60,690 nucleotides of DNA from Nitrososphaera sp. (GTDB lineage: Archaea > Thermoproteota > Nitrososphaeria > Nitrososphaerales > Nitrososphaeraceae). Location: contig JBQGBZ010000063.1 of the NCBI GenBank assembly GCA_052038215.1, forward strand, positions 1 through 60,690, in the 5' to 3' direction. The notes under the pieces were generated by a model, which worked only from the letters and a program-made list of their open reading frames with translations, ran no database searches and was not told the origin of the DNA. Shown piece after piece: positions 19,401 to 28,809 of the stretch. Position numbers and translations under genes: made by a program. Numbering within the stretch: the first letter of the stretch is position 1; every line of letters begins with the position of its first letter.

Positions 19401-21203
19401 TTAAACTTCTTCATGGTGATTCTCCTGCTGCTCCTTTATGTCTGAGTTGCCAATAACCTTCAACTGTCTCCTGTACGCAGTCACTATTTCGTCAGTGGTC
19501 GTGGCATCTTCTGGTTTTTTGTCATCCCTTATCTTTCCTGTGAATTTCGGAAACCGTAGAGCAAGACCGTACCCTGCTCTTATTGTATTCTTGGCAGCAG
19601 TATGACAGGGGCTCAGAGTGATTTCCGATGCAATAACTTCAATGACGATTTTGGGCTCAAACCAGATATCCATTTCCATGCCAGTATCGACTCTTGCGTG
19701 CTGTTGACTTACTATATGTTTCTCGAGCTCTTTGTAAAATTGCTCAATATGCAAGTCAGTAAAGCCTGTCCCTACTTTAGTCACGCTTCGAAACATGTCA
19801 GCATTATGATCATAAGCGGCTAATAGCAGCGCCCCATATTTTCCTGCGCGCCTTCCGCGACCATGCAGTGCACCAACAATGACAAGGTCTAGCGTATCTG
19901 CAAAATCGCTAGTGTATTCACGTTTGAGCTTGACCCACGCGTATTCTCTTGCACCAGCACGGTATGTGCTTGAAAGATGCTTTATCATAACTCCCTCACA
20001 GCCATTCTCAATTGCAGTCATCATAAACCGATCAATCTCATATTGCTCTGCTGCAATAGTCTGCTTGATCAAGCGTAACTTGTTATTTTGGATCTTAATC
20101 TTATCAATTATTTTCTTTAGGAGCTTTCTCCTTTCTAGATACGGCATATCTGTCCTGCTCTTCCCGTCGAAGTAGAGTACATCAAAAAAGTTCATGACAA
20201 CAGGATAGCTCTCCATTGCCTCCTCTACGCCATATTTTAGTGGCGTGTGCATCAGTTCCTGAAAGGGAAGATACTCCTCTGTCTCTACGTTTATGGCCAC
20301 TACTTCACCCTCCAATATCACTTCTGACTTTATAGACTTTAATGCATTGACAACATCGGGATAATGGCTCGTAATCTTTTCGAGCCTCCTCGAAAAAAGT
20401 TCTACTCTGTCCTTGCCCTTGTGCACCTGCACCCGCTCGCCATCCAATTTATATTCTACTGCTGCCCTGCTTCCCATCCGCTCGAGTGCTTCTTCTGCAG
20501 TCCGGATACGCTCTGCAAGCATTGGCCGGATAGGTTTGAACAGCGTTATCTTAATCGAACTTACTGCTTCCAGCCCCTTCGTTGCAAGCAGCATTGCCAC
20601 TGTGCCAAGGTCGCTTGAGACGTTATACGCATCTTCAAGCGCCTTCCTGTTTGCCTTGTTCCCAGTGAATGCGATCGCAAGAGCATCGAGCACGGTATAA
20701 TCAGCAATGCCAAGCCGCAGCTGTCCCATGACGAACTTGATTATATAGCACCCCTCGGTAGCCATCGCATCATTTAGCAAGCTGCTTATCAGACGCAACT
20801 TGACCTCCTGTGAACCAGTGCCAGTTGTACGCGCAACTTTGTCAAAAGTAGAATATACACGCTCGACTGTCATGGGCTCTGAAAACAGAGTTGATTGGCT
20901 CTTTGACTTCATGACTTCCAATGTTGCCTCTCCAAGGTCACCTGTCTTTTGATATATTCTCACTATCTCCGATACGTCTTTACCAGACGAGCTTGCAATT
21001 GCCCTCAGAACCATTTTTTCTGCGACTCCCATCTCCACTCCCTCATAGTCTGGGTAAAGTTTACCCTGAATTAGATAAGTCACCATGTCAATAATATCAG
21101 ATGGAGTCTTTTTGAGGAGGGTAACTAGGTGACCAGTAAGGGCAATTCTACTGGAGGTCTGCTCCATCTGCTCAAATGTCTCCACTAAAGAATTGAAATC
21201 CAA
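19401..21203 (-). CDS. lig: ATP-dependent DNA ligase
   Basis: EYKLDGER motif I, EGEVV, FDVLY, EGVMIK, WVKLK, LRFPKF. Confidence 0.97.
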   Translation of the reverse strand: MDFNSLVETFEQMEQTSSRIALTGHLVTLLKKTPSDIIDMVTYLIQGKLYPDYEGVEMGVAEKMVLRAIASSSGKDVSEIVRIYQKTGDLGEATLEVMKSKSQSTLFSEPMTVERVYSTFDKVARTTGTGSQEVKLRLISSLLNDAMATEGCYIIKFVMGQLRLGIADYTVLDALAIAFTGNKANRKALEDAYNVSSDLGTVAMLLATKGLEAVSSIKITLFKPIRPMLAERIRTAEEALERMGSRAAVEYKLDGERVQVHKGKDRVELFSRRLEKITSHYPDVVNALKSIKSEVILEGEVVAINVETEEYLPFQELMHTPLKYGVEEAMESYPVVMNFFDVLYFDGKSRTDMPYLERRKLLKKIIDKIKIQNNKLRLIKQTIAAEQYEIDRFMMTAIENGCEGVMIKHLSSTYRAGAREYAWVKLKREYTSDFADTLDLVIVGALHGRGRRAGKYGALLLAAYDHNADMFRSVTKVGTGFTDLHIEQFYKELEKHIVSQQHARVDTGMEMDIWFEPKIVIEVIASEITLSPCHTAAKNTIRAGYGLALRFPKFTGKIRDDKKPEDATTTDEIVTAYRRQLKVIGNSDIKEQQENHHEEV

Positions 21204-21568
21204 AGCAATTCGACTCTATACAGCTTGAATGAATATTAATCTATGATATGCTTTAAGTGATAAGTAGGGAGAAAGATGAGAACGCCAATAAGCATCAAGA
21301 CTCTGCAAGAGCAATTCAAATATGCAAGGTCGTGGGATAATAACTCAGTCACATGAAGCAGATGTATATAATACAGCGACAAATGTAGACGAGTTTGTGA
21401 AAGAAGAATTAAAGAAGAATTTGTCAAATAATAGTCGATTCTAATATTATAACAAATATAGAGCAATTGACGAAGGAGCTAATACTTGTTGAGGAATATG
21501 CAGCAAATTAAGAAGCTCGATGTATTACTACTAACATTATTAAAGGGCAGCAAGCCCGTAATAAAATA

Positions 21569-21895
21569 ATGGGAGGCAATAAGAGGAAGCCAGCTGGCAG
21601 TTCGGACAAGAATACCCAAACAGCGCCAGGACAAACCGAGATCAAGTCCACTGTAGAAAAGAAAACAAGCTCTAAGCCTCAACAGAAGCAAAAGCTTGCT
21701 GTGACAATTGAGGAACCTCAAGGCATGAAGGCAATTCAAGGCATGAAGGCGATAACAACGCAAAGTGTAGCAAGAAACATCGGCGTTAAGGTTTCTGTCG
21801 CCAACGCTTTCATCAAGTCACTAGAAGCCAGGGGCATAGTTAATGCCGAAGGCGGATACAGCGGCCATAGAGTCTACCATCTCATCAGACGCTAG
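21569..21895 (+). CDS. rps25e: 30S ribosomal protein eS25
   Basis: MGGNKRKP basic N-terminus; winged-helix core ITTQSVARNIGVKVSVAN..LE.RGIV. Confidence 0.85.
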   Translation: MGGNKRKPAGSSDKNTQTAPGQTEIKSTVEKKTSSKPQQKQKLAVTIEEPQGMKAIQGMKAITTQSVARNIGVKVSVANAFIKSLEARGIVNAEGGYSGHRVYHLIRR

Positions 21896-22280
21896 CTTTT
21901 TTAACTATCATCACATCTCCAGGTCGACTTGACTCAATAACCCTAAGATTAGAAGTGACCGTACCCAGCATATTCATGGGCTGGACTTTCGCATCCTGCA
22001 CAAAGACACAAAATGAGCTGTTTGAAGTAAGGTAAGCGATATCACCTCGACGAAATTCTGTTTTATGTTTTTCGGGGCCTATTATAAGGCCAGTTTCAAT
22101 ATATGTGAATTTGTCTGCATACCTGTGCAGCCTGTCCTGTACAGGAAGGCTTTTTAGCAAGGCTCCAATAGTCAGAGGGGCAAGATGGCGCACAAGTTCA
22201 GCTGGTGCAGAGCCTTTATCTTGTATCTCGATTGCAATTTTTAATCTAGATACCGACCCAGTGCTTCCGGGCTGCATCAT
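21885..22280 (-). CDS. Cyclophilin-like fold protein (DUF369/TM1367-like)
   Basis: RHLAPLT...LP, GDIAY, MN.LG motifs; start placed at MMQPG. Confidence 0.75.
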   Translation of the reverse strand: MMQPGSTGSVSRLKIAIEIQDKGSAPAELVRHLAPLTIGALLKSLPVQDRLHRYADKFTYIETGLIIGPEKHKTEFRRGDIAYLTSNSSFCVFVQDAKVQPMNMLGTVTSNLRVIESSRPGDVMIVKKASV

Positions 22281-22580
22281 TGCAACAAATGATGTCCGAT
22301 GTAATGAAAATGTTTCGTATACCATCAAAATAGAGACACTTTACTGTTAGATCAAGACAAAAGAGCTGGATTATAAAGAGAACAAGTAACTGACCAAGCA
22401 AGATAAAAAAGTGAACCAGATTAAATTGCAGATATAGTCAATAATCCGTATCAAAATCCGCAGCGAAAATATAAATATAAGATACCCCCTTTATTAATAT
22501 AGATAATATAGCTCCAGTGTTAGTTTTGAACAATTACGGCAAAACATTTAATTAGATATCCATTATCCTTTGGATTATTC

Positions 22581-23036
22581 TTGGTAGTCAAACATTCCTC
22601 CAAAAGACATGCTGCACCTAAAAAGTCTGGGACCACAAAAACGACCAAGAAGGGTAGTACTTCGCGCACAAAAGTTAGCATAAATGAAAAGCGTGAAGTA
22701 GAGCAAGACGCTACGACCAAGAAAACGTCTCGCAGGGCAGACGAGGTAGTTACATATGCAGAATATGAATATGAACTGAAAGAAATTGATAGTCAGGACA
22801 ATAAGGTGCTGATTGGTCCTGCTTGGCTTACAAGGTTTGAGAAAGCAAGGATAACAGGTGCAAGGTCACTTCAGCTATCACTTGGTGCACCCCCACTTGT
22901 CAAGGTACCTGAACATGCCACTAGCTCAATTTCTGTTGCAGTTGAGGAAATAGAGCGCAAAGCGCTTCCAATCTCAATAAGACGCATACTGCCAAGCGGT
23001 ACATATCAGGATATTTCCATAGAGTGGTTAAAGTAG
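22581..23036 (+). CDS. rpoK: DNA-directed RNA polymerase subunit K (Rpo6)
   Basis: LTRFEKARITGARSLQLSLGAP...LPISIRR. Confidence 0.95.
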   Translation: MVVKHSSKRHAAPKKSGTTKTTKKGSTSRTKVSINEKREVEQDATTKKTSRRADEVVTYAEYEYELKEIDSQDNKVLIGPAWLTRFEKARITGARSLQLSLGAPPLVKVPEHATSSISVAVEEIERKALPISIRRILPSGTYQDISIEWLK

Positions 23037-23047
23037 GCGGATCAGAA

Positions 23048-23875
23048 TTAGATTTCTTTTAGCCTGCTTTCGTCAAAGATATCAGAGCCATACCAGCGAT
23101 AGCGAAAGTAGTCAAGGCACCACTCGTGGAATATGGGATCGGGGCTGAAGAACATCATGTTCATGTCAGTCTCCCCCTTTTGAGTTGGGAAAAGTACTGA
23201 TGCCTGTTTTTCATTTAGTATGACGGCGACCTGCACGCTTTCTACCATTCTTCTCTCTATTGCCCCTTTGCTCAAGAGTTCATTGTGACCAAGCTTTTTC
23301 AGCAATTCCTTTCTGCCTTTTGGGATGATGACATTCTTTGGAAATACATAACTATATTTTACAGCTTTTTCCTTTACCCTAGACACCGCTGGCTCAATTA
23401 GGTCTATTGGCACCTGCGGTACAATTTCATAGATGTATTGGTCAGCCTGCCGATAAAAATCCTTCCAACGCTCAAGTATTGCGACAATGCCCTTAACGAA
23501 CTCACATTTATCAAGAGCTCCCAATCTCATAATAAATTTAATTGGGAGCTCGCCCAACACATGCTCGGAAAAATATTCTTTGTATTTTGAGAGATAATTG
23601 AATGTCGGGATCTGCTTGATTATAGTATTCCCAAAAGTGGTAAGAGAAAATACCCCCTCAGGGTCTTTCTCAATCAGGCCAGCATCCTGCAGGCGACTGA
23701 CATTGCGGTGAACCTCCTGCATGGTAATATCGAGATCCTTGGCAAGTTGCGATATCTTGGCGTTTTTATTGTTGAGATGAAATACTATTGCTAATCTCTG
23801 CTCACTTGCAAGCTCGAAGAAAGTCTTCTCAGTATTGGCAAAGGTAGTTAGGACATCGTCGTGGTCGTTAGGCAT
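23048..23875 (-). CDS. ArsR-like winged-HTH transcriptional regulator with C-terminal sensor domain
   Basis: N-terminal HTH (ELASEQRL..ISQLAKDL..QEVHRN..RL..AGLI); C-terminal FHEWCLDYF..W. Confidence 0.82.
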   Translation of the reverse strand: MPNDHDDVLTTFANTEKTFFELASEQRLAIVFHLNNKNAKISQLAKDLDITMQEVHRNVSRLQDAGLIEKDPEGVFSLTTFGNTIIKQIPTFNYLSKYKEYFSEHVLGELPIKFIMRLGALDKCEFVKGIVAILERWKDFYRQADQYIYEIVPQVPIDLIEPAVSRVKEKAVKYSYVFPKNVIIPKGRKELLKKLGHNELLSKGAIERRMVESVQVAVILNEKQASVLFPTQKGETDMNMMFFSPDPIFHEWCLDYFRYRWYGSDIFDESRLKEI

Positions 23876-23921
23876 GGTATTGCATGAAACTGATCAACGT
23901 TTTAAACATTACATGTACACG

Positions 23922-24158
23922 CTAGTAGCTATGAGTATGTCCCTCTTCTGAATGGATACGGTTTGTCCTGCGCATGGTTATTACACCAAGCACAATGAAG
24001 CCTATGCCAATTGCTAAGATAAGGTAGGCAGCCAAAACTACGCTAGCCCATACAGCGTTCATGGTCGCTAACCAGATGAACAAAAGCCCCAAAAATGCTA
24101 GCGCAATGCCTGCGATGGTTTCGCCGTTGATCCACTGTTTTCCTCCGCCTCCTGTCAT
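23922..24158 (-). CDS. Small two-TM membrane protein
   Basis: Two hydrophobic helices and a His-rich C-terminus. Confidence 0.7.
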   Translation of the reverse strand: MTGGGGKQWINGETIAGIALAFLGLLFIWLATMNAVWASVVLAAYLILAIGIGFIVLGVITMRRTNRIHSEEGHTHSY

Positions 24159-24231
24159 ATATCTAATATACCACCCCGGTACTAATTATTAAATTCTTCA
24201 ATGACTCATTTAGGTGGAAAAATTGCCAATG

Positions 24232-24636
24232 CTAATGTTCACGAACCAGAGTACCTCTGCATTGCTCACAGACCTGCTCATCAATGTTTGGTTCAATGCT
24301 GTGGTGAGCGTCACATATAATGAGTGTATATCGCATATAGTTGCAGAGACCCACGAACTTGGCAAGCGTGCTTGGAGTATATGCTTTGTTTGTAGAGAGA
24401 TCCTTGGCAATGTCGTCTACCATACGCATGACTTCTCTAACTGATTCAAGCTTCGAAATAAGCTCTGTATCACCTCTTGTTCCCCTCACATAGTTGCTAA
24501 CTGCGGCCTGTGTGATACCAAGATCCTTGGCAACATCTTCTTCCTTTAGAGAATATTCCCTGATGAGCTTCTTTGCAAGAATAGCTCTAACTGCAGGAAT
24601 GAGGGATTTTGCTTCGATCTCTGAAGGGAGCAGCAT
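24232..24636 (-). CDS. HTH transcriptional regulator (COG2522-like, XRE type)
   Basis: MLLPSEIE..LIPAVR, LGITQAAVSNY..G.RG, C-terminal Cys/His cluster. Confidence 0.85.
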   Translation of the reverse strand: MLLPSEIEAKSLIPAVRAILAKKLIREYSLKEEDVAKDLGITQAAVSNYVRGTRGDTELISKLESVREVMRMVDDIAKDLSTNKAYTPSTLAKFVGLCNYMRYTLIICDAHHSIEPNIDEQVCEQCRGTLVREH

Positions 24637-24797
24637 TTAAAGATGCAAATGAGATTTATTTTTTATTATTTAAAGGTTCTTAATACATGTGAAAATTAGA
24701 GGACTATTGCTATGCCACCTGATGACTTATTACAATATTACAAAAGTGGAAATCCGACGAAATGCAATAGTACTTTAATACATTCTAGTCTTTATAT

Positions 24798-25859
24798 TTG
24801 GCGACAATTGAGGATAGGAAGATGAAGGCAGTCTTTGTGAATAGACACAACAACACAGTTTATGTAGATGATGTCAAAGTACCAGACCGAACTGGAGCAG
24901 GGGATGTTCTTGTTAAAATGCGTGCCTGTGGACTGTGCGGGTCAGATCTAGAAAAGGTATATGGTGAATATAGTATGTCCTCTGGCAGGCTTGGTCATGA
25001 ACCTGCAGGTGAGGTGGTAGGATTAAGCGAATCTGTTAAGAACTTTGCAAATGGAGACCGCGTTTTTATCCATCATCACGTTGCGTGTTATTCCTGTCAT
25101 TACTGTCTTCATGGGGACTATACCATGTGTCCTGCCTACCAGACCAGCAACATTAGGCCCTGCGGTCTGGCAGAGCATTTCTTAGTGCCAGAATGGAATG
25201 TGTCACGAGGGGGCATGATAAAACTGCCTGACAATGTATCCTTTGAGGAAGCATCACTTGTTGAACCCCTTGCATGCTGCCTCAGGGCATGGAATAAGTG
25301 TAACTTCCAAAAGGGAGACGATGTCGTGATACTTGGAGCAGGTCCAACTGGAGTAATGCATATGCTCTTGGCTCTGGTATTTGGGTCAGGCAAAATATTT
25401 GTCATTGATGTCAATGATTTTCGTTTGAACTTTGTCAAGAAGTATAGTGTGCATGTACTCAACTCTATTTCCAATCAGAACTTTGCAAATAATATCAAGG
25501 CGGAAACAGGCGGAAGAGGTGCCGATATTTGCATCATTGCCACAGGGAATATGCATGCACTCCTCCAGTCGTTTGACGTGACTCGAAAGGGTGGTAAGAT
25601 AGTGCTTTTTGGTGTCCCCCCTAAAGGGTCGCAAATGTCCTATGATATGAGTAAGATCTACTCAAGCGAGCACTCGCTCATCCCAAGCTATGCAGCGTCT
25701 GAAATTGAAACAAACCAGGCACTGAAGCTGATAGCAGAAAATCGCATAGATGTAGGTTCAATTATTACGCACAGGTTTCACATTAGCAAAGCGGCAGAGG
25801 CAATAAAATGCGCTCATGAGGCTAATAATGCGATGAAGGTAATTATAACCACAGACTAA
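24798..25859 (+). CDS. Zinc-dependent medium-chain dehydrogenase (sorbitol/threonine dehydrogenase-like)
   Basis: CGLCGSD, GHEPAG, C..C..C.......C structural Zn site, GAGPTG. Confidence 0.92.
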   Translation: MATIEDRKMKAVFVNRHNNTVYVDDVKVPDRTGAGDVLVKMRACGLCGSDLEKVYGEYSMSSGRLGHEPAGEVVGLSESVKNFANGDRVFIHHHVACYSCHYCLHGDYTMCPAYQTSNIRPCGLAEHFLVPEWNVSRGGMIKLPDNVSFEEASLVEPLACCLRAWNKCNFQKGDDVVILGAGPTGVMHMLLALVFGSGKIFVIDVNDFRLNFVKKYSVHVLNSISNQNFANNIKAETGGRGADICIIATGNMHALLQSFDVTRKGGKIVLFGVPPKGSQMSYDMSKIYSSEHSLIPSYAASEIETNQALKLIAENRIDVGSIITHRFHISKAAEAIKCAHEANNAMKVIITTD

Positions 25860-25902
25860 TGAAACTATAAATAATAAAATCACCTGTCTGAGCTGATCAA
25901 CC

Positions 25903-26760
25903 ATGGACTGGGGAATGCAAAACAGATTAGCTAAGATAATTCATCCCAAAGACGGCCGTTGCCTCATGCTTGCAGTTGACCACGGTTACTTTCTTGGGCC
26001 GACCGAGCGTCTTGAAGTTCCAAGGAGGGCTATAAACCCACTTCTGCCCTACGCCGACTCACTTATGCTCACAAGGGGCATCCTGAGGACATCAGTTGAC
26101 CCCAAATATGACATTCCAATAGTGCTCCGTGTTTCTGGCGCAATCAGCATCATCGGCGAAGATCTTTCAAAAGAAACAATTACGACATCAATGGAAGAAG
26201 CGATTAGGCTTAATGCGTCATGTCTTGCATTATCAATATTTGTAGGCAGCAAGTATGAGCACCAGACACTTGCCAATTTAGCAAGGTTAGTAGATGAGGG
26301 CGAGAAGTACGGGGTACCGGTCCTTGCAGTGACTGCAGTCGGCAAAGAAATGGCGCGTGATGCACGTTACCTTGGACTTGCATGCAGAATCGCCGCAGAG
26401 CTTGGTGCCCATGTAGTCAAGACGTACTATTGTGACAACTTTGAACAGGTTGTTGAAGGGTGCCCAGTTCCACTTATAATTGCAGGAGGAAAGAAACTCT
26501 CAGAACCAGACGCGCTCAAGCTTGCTCATGATGCAATGACGCACGGTGCTGCTGGCGTTGACATGGGAAGAAACATCTGGCAGTCAGACTGGCCCGTGGC
26601 AATGATAAAGTCAGTGCAGGCAATAGTCCACAAGAATGCCGACGCCAAAGAAGCATACGGCATTTTCTTAGAGGAGAAGGGCAAAGATAATAATTCTAGC
26701 GAGATGGAAGGGCAAAAGGTCATTAAGAAGACAGTCAACCACTCAATGCCTTTTGACTAA
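25903..26760 (+). CDS. lsrF: LsrF-like thiolase / DhnA-type class I aldolase
   Basis: MDWGMQNRL..II, MLAVDHGYF.GP, AELGAHVVKTYY, IAGGKK, GVDMGRNIWQ. Confidence 0.88.
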   Translation: MDWGMQNRLAKIIHPKDGRCLMLAVDHGYFLGPTERLEVPRRAINPLLPYADSLMLTRGILRTSVDPKYDIPIVLRVSGAISIIGEDLSKETITTSMEEAIRLNASCLALSIFVGSKYEHQTLANLARLVDEGEKYGVPVLAVTAVGKEMARDARYLGLACRIAAELGAHVVKTYYCDNFEQVVEGCPVPLIIAGGKKLSEPDALKLAHDAMTHGAAGVDMGRNIWQSDWPVAMIKSVQAIVHKNADAKEAYGIFLEEKGKDNNSSEMEGQKVIKKTVNHSMPFD

Positions 26761-27167
26761 CCAGTACGCTTAGATAAATGCTGATGAACCATCTTCCACT
26801 GATCGTTTATGTCTTTTTTCAAGACGATCGTTACCCTTGACTTGTAGTTAACTGACGTACCTCTAAAGCTGTAGTCATCGACTATCATACCGGTAACTTC
26901 AAGCAGAAAAGTAGCAACCGCAACATCGCGCATCATTTCAGTATTAAAGTTTTCAATCTTAAAATCATAGTCAGAGAGGCTGGCAAAGTGTAATTGTTCA
27001 AGCATGAGGGCTCTTCCAAAATCTCGTCTATCATAGGGCGGGGAATCGCCAAATTTAGTGAAGTGTGGATCAAGGAATTCTTCTATTTTTTCTATTTCTT
27101 TGCTCTGGGCAAGCTGAAAATATTTGTGAATAAATTGTCTTACCTTAAGGGATTCTGCAGAGGACAA
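26757..27167 (-). CDS. NTF2/SnoaL-like protein
   Basis: 136 aa; RVTIVL..WKMVHQHLS C-terminus typical of the NTF2-like fold. Confidence 0.8.
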   Translation of the reverse strand: MSSAESLKVRQFIHKYFQLAQSKEIEKIEEFLDPHFTKFGDSPPYDRRDFGRALMLEQLHFASLSDYDFKIENFNTEMMRDVAVATFLLEVTGMIVDDYSFRGTSVNYKSRVTIVLKKDINDQWKMVHQHLSKRTG

Positions 27168-27542
27168 GTGTACACCTATTAAATAGCAATAAATAGAAAT
27201 CTTTATAGCTTTACTATTTTTTAGTTTAGTGAAGCCTATTACAATTATTCACGTAATCAAATATTTCGCTCTCTATTTCAAAGAAACTGAATATAGGCTC
27301 AAGTAACAACATCTGTTCTGAAAAAAGACTGTCAATACAAATAAGCACACATATTGGCAGGCTTGATTGGACCTGAGAGGCAGATGCAGAACTGGCAATA
27401 TTGGTTATGAAAAAGAATTATTAAAAACGAAGATCTATTCAAGTCAAAGTTCCTTATTATGTGCACTCATTGAAACCTCTCTCGCAGGCTCTAATTCTTA
27501 AATGCAATATCGGAGTGTGGCTAACTTAGAATCTTCTTTATT

Positions 27543-27761
27543 TTATTTCTGTATACCTGCATGTGCATTTCTGATATGATCTTGTAATTCCTCTTTGTTG
27601 CGTGCTGTCAATCCACATATATCACACGTTTGCTGTCGGGGTGTCAGATCCTCAGGCTCTTTTCCACTTGTTAGGCTCAAATATTGCTCGTCAGACCTTG
27701 CAGCCTCTATTTTGGTATATTTGTTTTCATTTTCGTGACTTGTATTTTCTGTTTGCACCAT
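27543..27761 (-). CDS. Small C2H2 zinc-finger protein
   Basis: CDICG...ELQDHIRNAH. Confidence 0.8.
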   Translation of the reverse strand: MVQTENTSHENENKYTKIEAARSDEQYLSLTSGKEPEDLTPRQQTCDICGLTARNKEELQDHIRNAHAGIQK

Positions 27762-27945
27762 ATATGCTATTAATTATAAATTGTTTGTACAATATAAGGT
27801 AATTTCCAGTTAAGATATAATGAAGTACAGTTTGACACCTGAAATCAGGACAGGCATAATGACTTCTTAGAATAAGAGCATGCTTAGGATCCTTACTTTT
27901 TATTATCATACATCATTTCGTCCAATTAACAGATATTGAGATTAA

Positions 27946-28223
27946 ATAGTTTTTGACGATAACGATCTAATTCAAGCAAATGCAACAATAATCTCAGGGG
28001 TACTTATCCTTCTTTCTCTTACCTCCATATCTGGAACTTCTTCTTTGTCAGTATTAGACAGAACAATGATTGCATCTGTAATAATTCCTTTTATTGCATC
28101 GACTGTGTTATTACTCACTCTGCGACTAGGCGAGGCCAAAAAACTGATTATGCTATAAAATTGACAATATGGGGATTGATATATCTCGCAGTTACCGTGC
28201 TGCTCTTGTTAGGACTTGTATGA
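27946..28223 (+). pseudogene. Frameshifted small three-TM membrane protein
   Basis: Reads IVFDDNDLIQANATIISGVLILLSL...IIPFIASTVLLL, then continues in another frame as ...DYAIKLTIWGLIYLAVTVLLLLGLV*; no ATG start. Confidence 0.55.
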
Positions 28224-28644
28224 AAATCGAACAATAGTATCGCTTCTAACTTTTCTTTTTTGAAAGATGATGCATTGCAGCGTGTAGTAAATATGGTGAT
28301 ACATTATAATTTTGAGGAGTAGGTCTTTTTGCTGCCGTTGTTGTCCTAATTCCAATAATAATGATTAATATCATGCATTACCTTTTCGAGTAGCTTTACC
28401 GAATGACAATCTCTTTGGATTTGCAAACTGTAGTCTTAACCTCACCCTACAACTGTACGTGCATATTTAAACATCCTCAAAATAAGTAACACTGTAATGT
28501 GTGCAACTAGATAGCTAATCGTCCACCATTGATTATGCACCCTCCGTTAATGAGAAAAAACGTGCCAAACCCAATGAAATTGCCTTTTTGTTGTTGAGCT
28601 TTAATACCGTTCTCAATAGATTTTGAACCACTCATCCCATAAAC

Positions 28645-28654
28645 TTTATAAATA
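28645..28654 (+). promoter_or_regulatory. TATA box of the ilv leader/ilvB operon
   Basis: TTTATAAATA preceded by an A-rich BRE-like stretch, ending 22 nt before the uORF ATG at 28677. Confidence 0.6.
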
Positions 28655-28676
28655 ATTTCCATCCACATAAATAAAA

Positions 28677-28748
28677 ATGCCTCGGGCTGACAGCGGATAT
28701 TGTTATGGACACAACGTTCATGTTCTGGTTCTACTGAGGGTTGCTTAG
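28677..28748 (+). CDS. Putative Val/Leu-rich leader peptide (uORF) of the ilvB operon
   Basis: MPRADSGYCYGHNVHVLVLLRVA*; 7 of the last 10 codons are Val or Leu; hairpins follow. Confidence 0.6.
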   Translation: MPRADSGYCYGHNVHVLVLLRVA

Positions 28749-28809
28749 GGGCAAACTCTGTGCTTTCAACAAGCACGGCTTATGCAAATCAATTTGGTGA
28801 GAGATAAAA

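Noticed and set aside
28705-28737. Overlapping aromatic-rich mini-ORF MDTTFMFWFY in the ilvB leader
   Set aside because: Its composition does not match the operon and it is not at the predicted TSS; it is probably a shifted-frame by-product of the Val/Leu codons.
28507-28776. 89-aa minus-strand ORF upstream of ilvB
   Set aside because: It is antisense to the promoter and leader and has no motif.
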